DNA from: Eledone cirrhosa
Lineage: Eukaryota
Length of the DNA: 64,000 nucleotides
Direction: 5' to 3'
NCBI GenBank assembly: GCA_964016885.1
Contig: OZ024746.1
Coordinates: 81,158,001 to 81,222,000, forward strand
This document shows positions 1 through 15,287 of this stretch, piece after piece. Every line of letters starts with the position of its first letter. The first letter of the stretch is position 1. The notes under the pieces were generated by a model, which did no database searches, was not told the origin of the DNA, and saw only the letters and a list, made by a program, of their open reading frames with translations. Both the position numbers and the translations under genes were made by a program.

Positions 1-847
1 TTATCTCACATAATATCGAACCTATGAGATTTTGATGTTATTTATTTTGAGAACAATACCTTAACATCAGTATGAGTGGCCAGTTACAGCCAGTTTGAAC
101 AGAAAGAAGTGAGAGAATTTTGGCAGGATATGGCCGATTTAAATGCTAAAGGGTTAAAAGGAAGTTCCTACTTATACATGTCATCATCATCATCAACATT
201 ACAGTTTTTATGTTTACTTTTCTATGCTGGCATTGGTTGGTCAGGATGTTTCGATACTAACCAATTTTGTCACCTCTTATAACACCAGGATACAGTGTAT
301 CTATTCCCTCTCTCTCTCTTTCTCTTTCTCTTTCTCTCTCTCTCTCTATATATATATATAAAGTGAGACATGGTCACTTGACCCAACTTGCCTCTAATGG
401 GACGAATCCGTCTAACCCATGCTAGCGTGGAAAATGGACATTAAACGATGATGATGATATGTGTGTGAGTGCATTTATATGTTTGCATACACACGCACAC
501 ATATATATGTATGACTATTAGGTTTCCCAGGATTTTCCAGTAACCTGCTCAAGTTAACTTTTGAATACCTTATCTTCTGAGATTTTTATATAATACTTTT
601 GTTATTAGACTTGTGCAGGATATCTGCACACATACTTGTTTCTCTGTGACGAGATTAGATTTCAAATCAATATTTAGCCTACAATATATAATAACATTTT
701 CAGTGAGTTTCAGGTCAAGGTAAGATAATATTTGATTTGTAGAATTTTTTTCTATGTGGAATAAGATTTTGACTAGATTTTGGAATTATGTAGCATCCAT
801 GTTTATGAAAACTTATTCTTCCCCACCCCTTTGGAATTAATAGTAAG

Positions 848-890
<43 letters not shown>

Positions 891-1261
891 CTTCTATAAA
901 ATTCTATATTGATTTTTCATAAAGATTCTAAGCAGGATTACTAGTTGAAACTTATTCTTTTAAAATCTTATTTCATTAAATTGTGAGTATGGTAATAAAT
1001 TTAGTTTTAAGATTACAAGTTTTAAATTTTATTTAACCCTTGTGATACTAACATATTCTAACTGTCCCTTTAAATCTACTTGACTCCATAGTGAAATATA
1101 TTGGGTGACTAAATTTCTTGCCAACAAACACTAAAACTGAAACCTTACTAGAAACTAAAATAAAAAGGCATCTTTATTTCCCTTCTGTCTCCGTTTTTCT
1201 AGAGTTGAAATGACATAATCTTCATGTATCTATAATAATAATATTAATAGAATTCTTTTTA

Positions 1262-1590
1262 ATGGTTGTGCAGGATCAACTTCTAAGAACAAGATACATC
1301 AGAAAACATACTGGTGGGGAAGTTGTGACAGATTAGTGTCAAATATGTAGGTCAAGGAATGTACAGGACCAACATAAAGGCAATATAAATTGTAGAGACG
1401 TGGCTTATCCATTTGGAACTTTGTCACAAGTTCAGCATAAATTGCTCCTAGAAATGGTATAATCATCAAGTTAAAAGGGTGATGGAAAATGAAACTGGGA
1501 TTTTCACACAGGGACAGACAAAGTCATTGAACACTGTAGGCCAGATATTGTTCTGCTTAATAGAGCTGAAAAAAGGTGTGACAATTCATT
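1262..1590 (+). mobile_element. Decayed RLE-type non-LTR retrotransposon (R4/Dong-like) C-terminal fragment
   Basis: Frameshifted translation gives QDQLLRTRYIRKH..VTD*CQIC (zinc knuckle), IHLELCHK, KWYNHQVKRVMENE and WDFHTGTDKVIEHCRPDIVLLNRAEKRC, which contains the RPD motif of the restriction-like endonuclease. Confidence 0.75.
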
Positions 1591-4500
1591 GTTCAATATG
1601 TGTATTACTAAATTTTGCCTCAGGTGTCAGGTTGACACTCGGAAAAATATGGGAAAGAAGGAGAATTCAAAGGAAGTTTCAAATAATAACAATCCAAAGT
1701 TAAGATAAGTATATTGTAAGAAAGTTAGTGAACAATAAATGGCCCTTCTACTATGATAGAAATTTTACCTTTATAGACTTAAAACAAAATTTGAATGCGT
1801 TTCTATAGGAAAACAAAACATTTTTTTCTTCTATACTACATAACTTAAGTGAAGTTAACTTTTCCTTGTGATGTCTGGCTTTCATCTAGGCTTACTCATG
1901 ACCTCCTGAAACTTGATATTGAGGTGGAGAAGGAATGCCCTCTACATTGAAGTAGAATAGGGAGAAGCTATCCTTCGCCGCCCCAGTCTTCACAAGTAAA
2001 CCCTGTTCACTAAATTAAACAACACATTCACTTATAGTTTATATGGTTTTTATGGCTTATCTATATAATATCATTTTGCTATAGTCTTTGTATTTAATGC
2101 TTAACTATGGAACAAATTTGAAAACATAATCTTATTATACTCTCAACATTTATGTTATTCTGCTTGCCACAATGTGTGTTTGAATGTTTGGCTTTCAACA
2201 TATAGAACAAGATCGGACATAATCAAAATCTTTAACAATGTTAAATAAATCCATATATCAAAATAGAAATAACATTCATAGAATGTGAAATTTCCACGGG
2301 TCCTGTTGGTATGACATCAGCCCCATCACCAGGCTTTTATGCTCAAAACTGGGTCTGGGTGTGCACATCTGTTACAAGAAATGTATATTTTATTTTCTAA
2401 ATCTGAGCGTTCATATTGAAAAGTATGACAGGCAGTGTCATCCAGTGCAACCCCTCGGGGACAGGCCAGCTTAAATTGTAAATATTGATTATTCAAAACC
2501 ATTGGAAAATAGTTATGCTGAAAGAAAAGGTAAATCTTTCAAGAAGGTAAATCTAGGTCAGTCAGATCTGCTGTGTTTTTTTTTTTAGTTTTTTTTTTAC
2601 CACTTTGAAGAGTGTGCATCATAGAAATAAAGTACCAATTACTTGTATAGTTTCCACTTGAAGCTGCTTACACAAGTGAGCCAATGAGGGAGATCTTTAA
2701 GTGGTTTCTCAATCTGATACAAATAGACCCTACCATCTTAATCCTTTCATTGCCATATTTCTATCTCTAAATTCCCCAATAAAACCAGCCTGGAAAGCTA
2801 GATGCACCCCACAATGCTGCCAGGTGTCACTCATTCCCTTAAGTGCCTCTCCCCTCTATGGGCTAGTAACATGCAGCCTAAACTCTGCTGTCATCACCCT
2901 CTGGCTCCTTATCATTGTCCTCCCAACCTGACCAATGACACAAGCACCCTAGAATTGAAATGCGGTAGCACCTGCTCCACAATAAACTGCTCTCAGCACT
3001 CAGCCTATACTGAAAAGTGGAAGTGCTGATTCCACAATAAAATATACCCAGCCCACACTGTAAAGTGGTAGTGCTGATACCACAAAAATGCACCCAATCT
3101 ACCCTGTCAGGTAGTAGTGATGGTGCCGTGAGAAAACAAACTCAGTACATGCTGTGAAGTGGTTGGGAAAGGCATCCAGCCATAGAAACCATACGAAAAT
3201 GGAATATCTAATCTGTCTGTCTACTCCATGCAAATATGAAAAATAAATGTAAAGCTGTGATGATGATGAGGATGATACATTATATTTCAATTAATTACCG
3301 AATATTTCGGAGGGATTTACTAAAATTTTATTTTATCATTAAGATAGTATTTGAAACAAATGGTTCTAATATAAAGTTGTATTGGAAGATTTTAATATAA
3401 ATAAAGACCCTTTAAAATGGGTGGTTTTGTTTCATAGAACCAGAGATCATTCTAGGTGGGTTGGTATCAAAAGAGTTAAAGAAGGACACATTGTACTATG
3501 TAATCCTAAATATACTATTTCTGAAAATATAAAATGGTCATAGCTGGATCAAAGCAGACCTTGGGCTAAATAGCAACTATTGCTGCCATAACTATATTTC
3601 TGTTGTTTTTTGTGTGTTTTTTTAATGGTTAAAATGACTCTTCCACATTATAAATACCTAAGTTTCAATGTACAATTTCAGATCAAGTCACTTGCCAAAC
3701 AAGTACAACATTCTGTGGTTGTTATATCAACTAATAAATCATTCTACAACTAAATACCAACACTAGTTGTTAATGTTTCTACTACTACTACCTCCACCTC
3801 CAACACTGCTACTACTACTAATACTACTAATATTACTACTACTACTACTACTACTGTTTATTACATAGTACATTCATATAGTTATTAACTAATTTGAGAT
3901 TAGTATATATTTAATTCATGATATTGATTTATCATTTCAATATTATGGATAGATTTCTATTTTTCCATTTTGTTATTCAGTTTACTAGTTGTATCCATTT
4001 TTGGTTTCTTCCTGATATCTGTTAAAAAAGACAGCCAAAGTTAATATAATGAATGAGTTACTGACTGAACCTCTGTTAATGAATTCTAATAATTATTGAC
4101 TATAAACCTTTTTTTACCAACCCGCCTAAAGCTGCCCCCAGTTTTATGATACAAAACTGACTGTTTTAAAGTGTTTATACTTATAGTAAAGCCTTCCATT
4201 GGGGTTGGATTTAGTCCTTGGGAGCCCAGGGCACTTCAGGTTGGGGAGGGGGGGCTCTCATACACAATGAATTAGAATACCCCCCCCCCCTCTCTGCCCC
4301 CAATTTTACATAACAAAGTTAGCTTGGCACAAGTATAAAATAAAATGCTCAACTATTGCCCCTTATAGACAACATAGTTCAGATTCAGTTAATGTTATTC
4401 TGATTTGTTAAAACAGTGAAGTAAAGTACCCCGGTAGAATTATTATATATTAAACATTTTTGAATATTTATTCAAAACCCCATTGAGGATAATTTGATAG

Positions 4501-6671
4501 AAATAAGGATTTATTATCATATTGAGAATAAAGTAGCCACACATTCAGTTAAATCACCCTCCTCCCCTACACATACACACATACATATACAGTACATGAC
4601 TATTGTTATTTTTATGGCTGGCTCACACCTTTATAGGTTTAGCTGGCTTCCTATGAGGTTGCATCTTACAGAAGGTGTCTATGGTGTTTTAAGGACAGCT
4701 CCAAAATGTACATGATGGACTTAAAAGTAATAACAGAATAAAAAAACAAGAACTTCAGATGAGTAGGCCTCCTTAAATCATATGTCCTGTCTTCTCTGTC
4801 TAATCTGGCCTTATTACACAATTACTAAAACAGATCTAATTAAACAAGTGGTCTTCTATCTCAACATTCAAATGCTACAGTAAGCCATTAGGACAGTCAC
4901 ATTTCCAATATTTGAATTTATAATGTGGTTAATGTCATCACAAAACTAAGCTAATTAGTTTATTAGTTTTAAAAACATATTGAATTAATGTATTAGATCT
5001 TGATCTCTCTCGTTCTCTCTCGTTCTCTCTTCCCACTTCGCTCTGTGTGTGTGTGTGTGTATAGAATTTGTGTGTATTGCATCATTATTAAATGTCCATT
5101 TTTCTTGAGAAATTGATGGTTGACTATTTTTGTGATCATTTGCATTGGGATACACACGTTTCAGATTTCTGATGTTTCCAATGCTTCCTAAGTCAATCAA
5201 TTTGTTTACATTTCTAGCTACAGGCTTAAAATATTGTAAAAACCCCCCCAAAAAAAACCAGAAAGGATGGCCTGCAGCTCTTTAGTATAGTGGTTACACA
5301 CTCACCTATAAGCCAAGAGATGTGAGGCCCTATTCCTCACATATCTTTTATCCACTTTTATCCATCTCCAAGAGTACTTTACCCAATTTTCTCAACTATA
5401 ATATATTCTATAGCATGTGAACTATTTCTGATAAGAAGTTGCTAGTCCTCACTCAATGCTTCTCCATTTCTGAAGAAAAGAATCAACCACAGTACTTGAC
5501 TGGTACTTTATTTATTAACCTCTAAAGAAAGTTGACTTTGCCAAGATTTAAACTCAGAGTACAAGGAATCAGAACAAGTACCACAAGATGCTCTATTACA
5601 CTCTCTATTGACTCTGCCACTTTACTAGTCTATAGTATATTACTTAACTATAATAATACTACACACAACTTCAGTTGGCCTTTGTATTTTATTTGAGTAA
5701 ATAATAACTGCCAAAGGTCTTTTATAAATACTTAATGCTTTTAAAAACTTCAACCAACAATCAATCTAAAAAAAAGAATAATTGAAATATAAACAAAATT
5801 GTTTAACAAACTGCTATATATCTTGATAAATGCAGAAAATAAACACACTTGACGTCTGGATTCAGATATTTGACATTTGATAAATATTTACTGACCTATT
5901 GAAACAACAAAAGTCCATGAAACTATTCAGTTATACAAACCAATTTCATATTACATTTCTCTGACTGTAAGTTTTATCCTTACCTAAATGAACTACTTTG
6001 AAGTTCTGAACAAAGAGAGCCTACAACAATTGTACTTGGCTTTTAAAGAAAATAAAACTATGGAATAAGTTTTAAAATTTTATCTAATAATTGTCAACAA
6101 CTCTCTTATTTGGGGGGGTTCAAGTTCTTTTAATAATTAACTATTTATACTGTCAGATATAAAGAATGCTTAGGTCTACTACTGGAAATAGTGAGAACTA
6201 AATAATTTCACAATCAAGTTGCATCCTTCCTTGTACACTGCATGAAGATGAAAACCTCAAGGTTTTCATCAAATATATTTAGCACAGCATGATGGTGATG
6301 TTGAGTAGGAATTCATCATCACCACCACACTCCATTTCCTTTTATTTATTTATTTTCAAAAAGGGGTTCTAATCTCGAAATATTCTGAAATATAACATAA
6401 AAGTGTAAACTGTTTTTTGTTGGTTATACTTTACTTTAGTTTTCACTCCTTTATTTCTAATTTGCATTGTACTGGCTTTCTTCAAACAATCCTGATCATA
6501 TATTTCCCAATGCTTCATATAAACCATATCTATTAGACATAGGGAATGTATTTCAGAAGAAATCTTTAGAAACTGATTCTATTTTCTAGCTGTATACAAT
6601 TTAATATAGGGGTTAGAGGACAGAAAAGCTATCATGAATCTATTCTAAGATGTCTTTAATTATATTTGCAG

Positions 6672-6738
6672 TCTCGAAGAAGCTCCAGTTCTAGTCAGAA
6701 ATCAGCCAGTGTAAACAGTACACCATCACACACACCAG
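6672..6738 (+). CDS. Probable penultimate coding exon of GKAP/DLGAP-family gene (SRRSSSSSQKSASVNSTPSHTP-G)
   Basis: Acceptor tttgcag, donor ag|gtatac. 67 nt open, ending in phase 1, which matches the phase-1 start of the terminal exon at 18994. Ser/Pro-rich linker. Confidence 0.55.
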
Positions 6739-9700
6739 GTATACTTCTCCTCCATTATAATCCTTTCTTTAATCATGCCGTTTGTTTTGTTTGTTTTCCA
6801 TCTTGCATGATATAGCACAAAGAATTTTATGGCTTCTGAGCCTTGAATATTAACTTTTACCTGTATAATTATGGTATAATTAATTAACTTATGAAAAGTA
6901 TTCTCAATTTCTTTTTCCAGGAAATTTATTAAAATACATTTTTTCTGCACATTTTTATATTTATTACAATTTTTCGTCAGAATGAAACTGCCCCTTGTTC
7001 TACGATACTAACACCAGCTTAATAAAGTTAGTTATATTACTAAATCCCTCCAAATTCTGATATTTAAAAAATTAGTTGAACATTATAGGCAGTGTCTCTT
7101 GTTAAAAATATGGCAACAAAAGGATTAAATACTGAAATAACCTAAGTACATGAGATAGTTATTAAATTTTAAAGAATGTTGTTTTTAACTACAACTAGGA
7201 GTAATGCATTGGTGTATCTCATGCAATATCTTTTTATATATAGTGGGTTTTGTAGTTGTTGTTGCATGTAGTTCTAAGCAGTGTTACATAAGCAAAAAAG
7301 GAAGGAGAGGTGATGAAGTGAGACATGATAAACTTATAAAACTGTATATGTTTTATGTTTTATTGTTCATTTAAGTGAGGAATCTAGGAAGATAGATGTG
7401 TGTAGATGGAGCGGAAATGGAAAGTGGGAGTTAGCATAAAATAGAATGAGATGGAGAATTGATAAAAATAGGGTGGGATAAATATAATTAAAACTAATTG
7501 AAATACCATGAACAAGCTTGTTGCTGTGGACTACAAGCCTTGTTGCTGGGCTAGTTATGGTTTAGTTGTTAGTCTGAAGAAGGATTGTAGATCCAAAAGT
7601 ACTGTTTCATTCATGACTTGGCAAATCTGTCAATGGCCAGAGTATGTGTAAATGTGTTTCCCTGAATCCAGATCACTCAAACACTTTAGAGTAGGTTTTC
7701 ATGCTTCTTAATGAAATCAACTTTGGAGATTTACTGTGTCTAGAACATAAACATACTTGTATGTATAAATAATAAATATATATTGCACCCTAATACACAT
7801 TAGATATTTAGTTCAATTCCATTAAACAGCATTAGATAGTTAATAAATATTATACATGCATGTTAGATTGTGTTCAGTTGGCTACAAACCTGTGTATTTT
7901 AAACAACTGAATAAGGCTTAATATATTAGTTATACTCTTGAGCTGGTTATTAAAAGTAGTATTAAAAAAAACACCTTTTATTATTAGATCACACGACTGG
8001 TGATATTGTTATTAACATTACAACCAATATCACCTCATTATTGATCGTGATGTTAATTGATCATTTATAAAACCTAGTTAATCAAAAACTGGGAGTAATC
8101 ATCATCATTTTTTATATGCTTTCCATGTTGGCATGGACTTAATGGATTGTTACAGCTCAAGTTAGTTTCTATTTGGAGTTACTGCCCTCTTAAACATGTT
8201 GAAGGACCACATCTTGCTTGTACATTCCATTTTAAACATGATTTCTATAGTTGGATTCTCTTACTAACACCAACCTCTTTACAGAGAGTATTGGGTGCAT
8301 TTCATCATGACACCAGTACTAGAGAGGTTGTCATGCCCTTGTCCACTCATCTGCCAGCCACTTTATCCTAGCACCAGCACTAGTGTGAGTTGTGAATTCA
8401 TATTTGCTGCAAGTGTTTGACTGTGGCTATGTAAGAATATTCTCCACTACTTCAATTGGCTTCTCAAAATAGGTATCAGTAATTTGTAGATTTATTTTTC
8501 CTATCTATGAGGATATTCACTTAACACTTGTGAAACTAGAGCTAAGTAGCATGACTCTGTTGTTCTCATGATTTATTTCAAAGATTAAAGAACATTAATG
8601 TTACTATATAGCAATTTTCTATTAACACATCCTACCATTTCATGTATAGTTACACAATATTTTTCCACCAGTACAAATGTTGCAATACTAAAAGTAAAAT
8701 AAATGTAGTGAGAGCCATAGAAACCATGTTAAGATTTACGAGATAAATAATCAAAACAGTAACATTATATCTAGAATTTGACTTTATAAAAATGAAATTA
8801 TGTTATTAGCATCTAAATGTATAAACCTATTTAATATTTAATATATATATATAGTGTGTGTGTGTGTATGACAGATCTCATTCCTTGGAATAAAATGCTG
8901 ATATTGTTTGGAAAAGATGAAAACTCATAATTTATTCAACAGATTTGTATCAGTATTATGTTTGTATATGAATACAATTTGCTTGGTTGATTCTTTGTTT
9001 GTGTAAAATACTTGTGAAAAATATTGCATTCTGTCTCCATTACTTTTCAGAATAGCAACCAGAGAGGTGCCAGCATTAAAATTTGATTTGATGTATTTAC
9101 TAAAGTTTTTTTTTCTATTCTGTTTAATGCAAGACAGTGTTTCTCTTTTCTAATATTCAAAATCAGTCAAAATTTGAAATAACTCAGACTGGAAACATTT
9201 CACATTATTTCAACCATGTTAAAATATTTTAAAACTAAATCAACTAAAATCAACTGCTCCTGTCTCTATCAAAATCTTTGGTTTGTACTAAAAGAAAAGA
9301 AAGAAAATATAGGATTAGTTTGTTAATGAGACTTGACCAACTTCCCTTTTGTTTCAGTCACCATCAAGACCCCTAGTGGTGTCCTCAGTCCCTGAATTGC
9401 TATTGTCCTCCTCAATATCAGGAGGAGTCTATCAGGCCTGAAAAAGAAACCCTGTGAGGCAATGTGGCTGGTGCAGTGAGTGTCACTGACTAATCTCCAT
9501 GGCAATGCTTTTGGCATTTTATCCATGAGGCACAGCTGAGATATATAGGGCTACCTCCTTTCTCACCATCATCGGCACAGAGTTGACTACCCACAGATGT
9601 GAGCCTCAAAAGCTAGAATTGCTCTTCCAGCACGTCTCCCTCACCAGGGAAACACCTCTCTTCTGTCTGCTGGAATCATGGGGTAGCCAGTGAGTGGGCC

Positions 9701-10242
9701 CCCAATTGCTCATAATAGTGAGAAATGGACAGAGGCAGTGACAGTGGGAGTTTGGTTCTTTTGTGTTCAGACCTGGTGCATATGTATGTTTCACAGATAC
9801 ACACTCACACTGAGTCTGCCAAAACAGTACCTGAGGTCCTGAATGCCATAATAACTGGAAATGAATCTAAATGCAAGGGTAATGAGCGGAAACCTAATCT
9901 CAGTCATCTCATGCCTAGACTGAAGTACAGAGTCTGCCACTCTCTCCCCCCTTTTCCCTTACTTTTGCTATTTAATGTTATCTTTTTCTCTTTCTTGTTT
10001 ATTTAAAAAAATATGCAAACGTTGACGATTTGTAAATTTTTTTCTTACATTTTTAAATAGCCCAAAGATTATTAATTACAAAAAAGTTTAACTATTATAT
10101 TCTAGACCATACAATTTGGCATTAATGGTAGAACGCTGATGAGTTAGGTTGTGTTGTTTGGTTCTTTCAGGATTGATAAAATTATTACCAATGACATTGA
10201 TTTCATCCAATTGGCCTTATTATTATTATTAAAGGGCAGCAG

Positions 10243-10645
10243 ATTGGCAGTATCGGTAGAGTGGCAGACAACATGCTTCGCAGCATAGAGTTACGCACCT
10301 TTACATTCTGATTTCAAATCCCGCCGAGGTTAACTTTGCCTTTCATCCTTACGGGGTCGATAAAATAAAGTACCAGTCATGCACTGGGTCGATTTAATCG
10401 ACTTTCCCCTCCGCCAAAATTGCTGGCCTTGTGCCTATATAAGAAACCATTATTATTCTATAAAAGGGCAGTGGATCGGCACTATCAGTAGAGCATCAGG
10501 CACCATGCTTTGCAGCATAGAGTTATAGTCCTTTACGTTCTGAGTTCAAATCCCACCGAGGTAAGCTTTGCCTATCATCCTTACGGGGTTGATAAAATAA
10601 AGCACCAGTAATGTACTTTTGTGCCAAAAGTAGAAACACTTATTA
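10243..10645 (+). mobile_element. Tandem pair of tRNA-derived octopus-type SINEs (Meta-domain-like core)
   Basis: A-box-like TGGCAG, B-box-like GTTCAAATCC, core TTTGCCTTTCATCCTTACGGGGTCGATAAAATAAAGTACCAG, (ATT)n tail. Many similar copies across the window. Confidence 0.8.
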
Positions 10646-12959
10646 TTCTATAAAATCAACATTATCAAAAGAAATTATTAATGAGTGGATATTTTGATTC
10701 ATGAATAAAAACAACCAAAATAACTTATGTTAAATATTTTAGTAATAACTTTACATGAATTTTAATTAGCATTAGTCTAATCATTTCAAGCATTTGTAAC
10801 AAGATGTTTGATTTTTATGAAAGAGAATTTGGTAGCAGAATACAGACCCTTATTTCAGATAATTTATTCTAAAATAGTAGACAATCCATCTTAATTGGGT
10901 AACATTTTTGAGTCATTAAATATTGACATAAGATGATGTACACTGCATATCTTTCAGTTATGATTTCCATGGTTTCTAAGTCTGTTTATAATATTTTAGC
11001 TTTACATGTAACTTTGTATTAATTACAAAATTAATGATCGAAGACTAACCATTTCGTTTGGAAACAGAATCATTCTAAATCATTAATCCTTTTGATACTA
11101 ACCTGGCAAAAAAACTGCCTTTGCTGCTATGAAACAAAACTACCCATTTTGAAGGGTTCTTATTTAAATTAACATCTTCTAACATACTTTTATATAAGAA
11201 CCATGTTAAATAATGAAATTATTAATAATTTTAGTAAATCCCTCAAAATTTATTATTAATTAATTGAAATGAACCCAATATGTTACTAATCAGAAACAGA
11301 TTCACGGAGAGTGCCTTTGCAGTGTCTGATACCAAAATAACTGTTTTCAGATATTAGTGGCAAATTAGGAATAAATATGTTATTTATATATGATTGTATT
11401 ATTAGCATTCCAAATGGTATAAAAAAAAAACTATTCTGGAGTAACTAACTCATCTGAAGGCCTGAAAACTAGAAATTTCATTATTCAAATTTTACTTTAA
11501 ATAGTATCATCCTGACATCTGAAATAAGCATTTATTAATTTGTCGAGCTGATGGGTGTGGTTTGATGTTTATTTTGATAAAGGAATAAGAACATTTTAGG
11601 TATTTTCTTCTTTCTTACACTGAAACACAGTGGCTGAATATTTGTAATAATAAAGAATATTTCAAAAATAATTCTTTAGAGTTGAATACTTAAAACATTT
11701 CTGTAAATAAACATCAGAAATATCACAGGAAAGCATCTATTTGCAATATAAGCACTATGCTGATGAAATATTAAAAAGACTTATGAAGAACTTCATATAG
11801 TATGTCAATACATTTTATTTATCGTTAAAAGATTGACAATTTACAAAAGTATATAATTTACAAAAATGAGTCAAAAAAACAAACACATTCCTTGGATCCC
11901 ACAGCACAACAGGAAACACTGGCACTTCCCGCTAAATATCTTTGGCACTTCCCGCTAAACTTCATTGTCAGTGGCCTGGCTTGTCTGAACATCTCATAGG
12001 TTGAAAATATAAATCACCATCAAAATCATTATTTCAAGATCTTATTCTGCTTGGCTACACTATTGAATCATATGGAAATATCCTAAAGTCATACTCCCCC
12101 ACATAACAAATAATAAAAATAATAATAATAAAGCATATCAACAAGAAATAACAATACAATGAGAAAAAAGAAATTCTAGAAGTTAACCTCTAGTATTATT
12201 CTGTTTTGAGTTAAAATCTTGCCAAAGTTAGCTTTGGTCAATAAAATAAAGTACCAATAATGCACTGGTGCTTTCTTCTTTCTTTAAATTGCAGGCCTTG
12301 TGCCAAAAGTAGAAACAATTATTAACAAGCCCTATCAGGAAATATAATACAGCACAGATTATTTTTTTATAACTGTGACCTCAGAATACAAACAGTCAGA
12401 AGAGATATCAGATATCACAAGATATCCCATCAACTGCTCTAATGATTTTGCCACCCCCACTGTTCTAGACTGGTACTTAATTTCTCAACACTGAAGGGAT
12501 GAATAGCAAAGTTGACATTGGTAGAAATTGAACTCCCAACACAGTCTGTCTTATAAGGTGGAAAAATAGGTGAACACATCATCATTAAGAATACTGAATA
12601 TCAACAACATTGAAAATCTCTTATTCCACTTACAGAGCAGGTTGTAAGAGTGTGAGAGTTATTGTTGTTTGCCAGCAGTTACAGGTCAGCCTGATCATTT
12701 AGATCAATTAGATCAGGCTGGAATTAAAATTGATCTGCTGATATCAAAATGTTATAAAATCCATCTTAATAAAACCCTGTTTTATTTATTTTCCTTTTAA
12801 CTCAAGAAGTTAATAAATTTATCTATTTTATTTACTTTACCTAATGAAAGAATTATCACCATGCATACAACTATCTGCTAATTATTCATATTTCATTCCT
12901 GTAGACTAGCTATATATACATATATATCAATTATATTTTTTAAGCACATTGTTCAGATT

Positions 12960-13160
12960 CTAGAACCACAAATACGAAGTCTTCCTCATCTCCAACCCCT
13001 AACCAAGACCACCAGCCAGGTAAACCCTGTTTGTAAGCACTGATATTACTCTCACCAGAATTATATATGTCCACTATTTTTATCAGGAAACCACATCACG
13101 AATAGCTTACCTCCTAAAATTTCCCCTGATGGCCATCTGATGGTAATGGATGCCACAGGT
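12960..13160 (+). mobile_element. Possible very decayed Penelope-type RT remnant
   Basis: Fragments resembling PGRPIVS (QPGKP..VS) and LVTMDV (HLMVMDAT); heavily frameshifted. Confidence 0.25.
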
Positions 13161-13689
13161 AAGATCACTTAAGCACTGCACCAAATAGACTAGAAGGCAT
13201 CTCTTTTTTAAGATTTTTCACATACCTTACGGATATTATTTTAAAGAGCTATTGGGATTCTTGGTGCTCGGAAATATTTTTTTCTGCTTTTGGTAAAGGA
13301 TATTTTTTTTACTGGTTTTGCTTTCATTAAAACATATATCAATGTAGTATATGCACATGTGTATACACAAATCATATTTTCTCATATTCAAGTAGTTGTT
13401 AATTTTAGCAGATACTAACATTCAGTTCAGACATAACATCCTTACTACTTTACAATTGGTTAAGGACACAATAAGCAGCAGCAGTAGTAACTTGACAGAT
13501 AGCAAGTCATACTGAGAATGGTTGTTTGGCATTTGTGTAAAAATGAAGTAATGAGGGACAAATTTCCTCTTCTGACATAGGATTTATTTTCTCTTCACAA
13601 CTGAATATGAGTCGTGTAAAATAGCAACACCATTGTCAATTGCTACAAAAGTAAATATGTGCTGTTGTGAGGGAAATGGCTGAGATATC

Positions 13690-14100
13690 AACTTATAAAC
13701 TGGATAATGTTATGAAAGTAATTGCAACATTAGTACAAGATAAAATTGAATTGAATATAGTATCAAGACATGGAAACATAGGCACTATATTTTTAGTGAG
13801 ACAGTTGCAAGAAAAGCTCTTAGTTAAAAACATTGCATTTGTTGACCTGGAGGAAAAACTTCAATACGGCTGAACATTCTAGATAGTAAGAAAGCTGAAT
13901 AATGATAAATGGTTTATGGAGGTATTTTAGACTATGTATGAGTGAGCTAATAAAATCTAAATCAACTGTGAACTACAATGGAATTTATTGTATCCATAAG
14001 TCTTAAGTTCACTCCTTCTATTCTAGTCTTCGAAGCAATCACAAAGAAGTCCAGGACTGGTTGCTCATAGAAACTGTTGAACTGCATAACTTCATATCTT
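13690..14100 (+). mobile_element. Decayed RTE-clade LINE reverse transcriptase fragment
   Basis: KLDNVMKV...TIFLVRQLQEKLL..IAFVDLEEK, followed by a remnant LVFEAITKKSRTGC resembling IVLEAITEEFRTGCPWELLYADD. Confidence 0.75.
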
Positions 14101-14460
14101 TGAAGAATGGGTATAATTTAAAAAGTCCTGAAGGTAAATGGTCAATACCTAGAAATTTGCAATGTAAACTTTTTTATGACTTTTTCTGCTCCACTATACA
14201 TGCAACCCCTATTGTAAATCCCTTAAAAACTATTCACTGCCTTTGCCTTTCCACCTGCTATTTGCCACACAAGGCACTCCTCAAAGGAGCAGCTGTGTTC
14301 ACTTCAGCACTTCACTTTACACTTGCATTTCCTACACTTCCAGCCTAAGAGATCCAGAACAGATTAACATTGTAAACCTTCATCCTGAAGGTTAATATTT
14401 ATACATAAAAATATATTAATTGAATAGGGGGGTACCTTTAAATACTCAATTGCCCATTGC

Positions 14461-14731
14461 CAGAGAGTCACTCCAGGTAGAGCCGATCACAGCTCCGATA
14501 ATGTTGGCATGGGTTAGAATGTCACCGGAAAGAATTGCTGGACAAATTTTAAGGGTGAAACCAACAGGTTAGTCTACCACTCAGGGGTAGACTGCGAGCA
14601 AGATGGTTGGATAACATCCATGAACTTGACTGGTCACAGTTGGAGATGGTTGCTTCTGACAGGACCCGCTGGAGTGAGTGTTTGAGGATTCTGCCCCCTC
14701 GACCCTCTTAGGATTAAGTGGGCGAAGAAGA
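14461..14731 (+). mobile_element. 5'-truncated RTE-clade LINE 3' end
   Basis: RSQLR..VRMSPERIAGQIL..RARWLDNI..ASDRTRW..LPPRP and a (GAA)n tail. Near-perfect TSD aattgcccattgc (14448-14460) / aattggccattgc (14732-14744). Confidence 0.8.
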
Positions 14732-15243
14732 AATTGGCCATTGCTACAAGTCATTACTGCTTAGCCAGCACTGAAAGAAGCTACTCATGACAAAGTATAT
14801 AGTCAACTCAATCAAGAAAAAACTGCAGGTAGAATCAGTACACCTATTGTTAGTTTGCAGTATTTTTATTACTTTTTATTTTATATCACAGGTTGTGAAC
14901 AATATTGTTGTTGGTTATAGGTTTCCAATTGGCCAATTGCTGGTTCATTGTATATCTGTTGGTGAAAGAATCTATAACTCTGTACATAACAAAGAACTTT
15001 GAGTATCATTGGTTGGATACTGATATTTACATCTTTCACTGGTATACATTAACAAAATATACGCACACTTATGCACATACAGACACAGACAAACAAACAC
15101 ACACGGTAAACTTCTTTACAGTTTCTAACAAAGCAAAATACTCTTACAAGGCATTTGTCAACCTGAGTGTATGGAAGTTACTACTTGCCCAAGATGTGAA
15201 CGGAACTTCTTTGCCACATATGATCTTGTTGGTACTGCTACCA

Positions 15244-15287
<44 letters not shown>

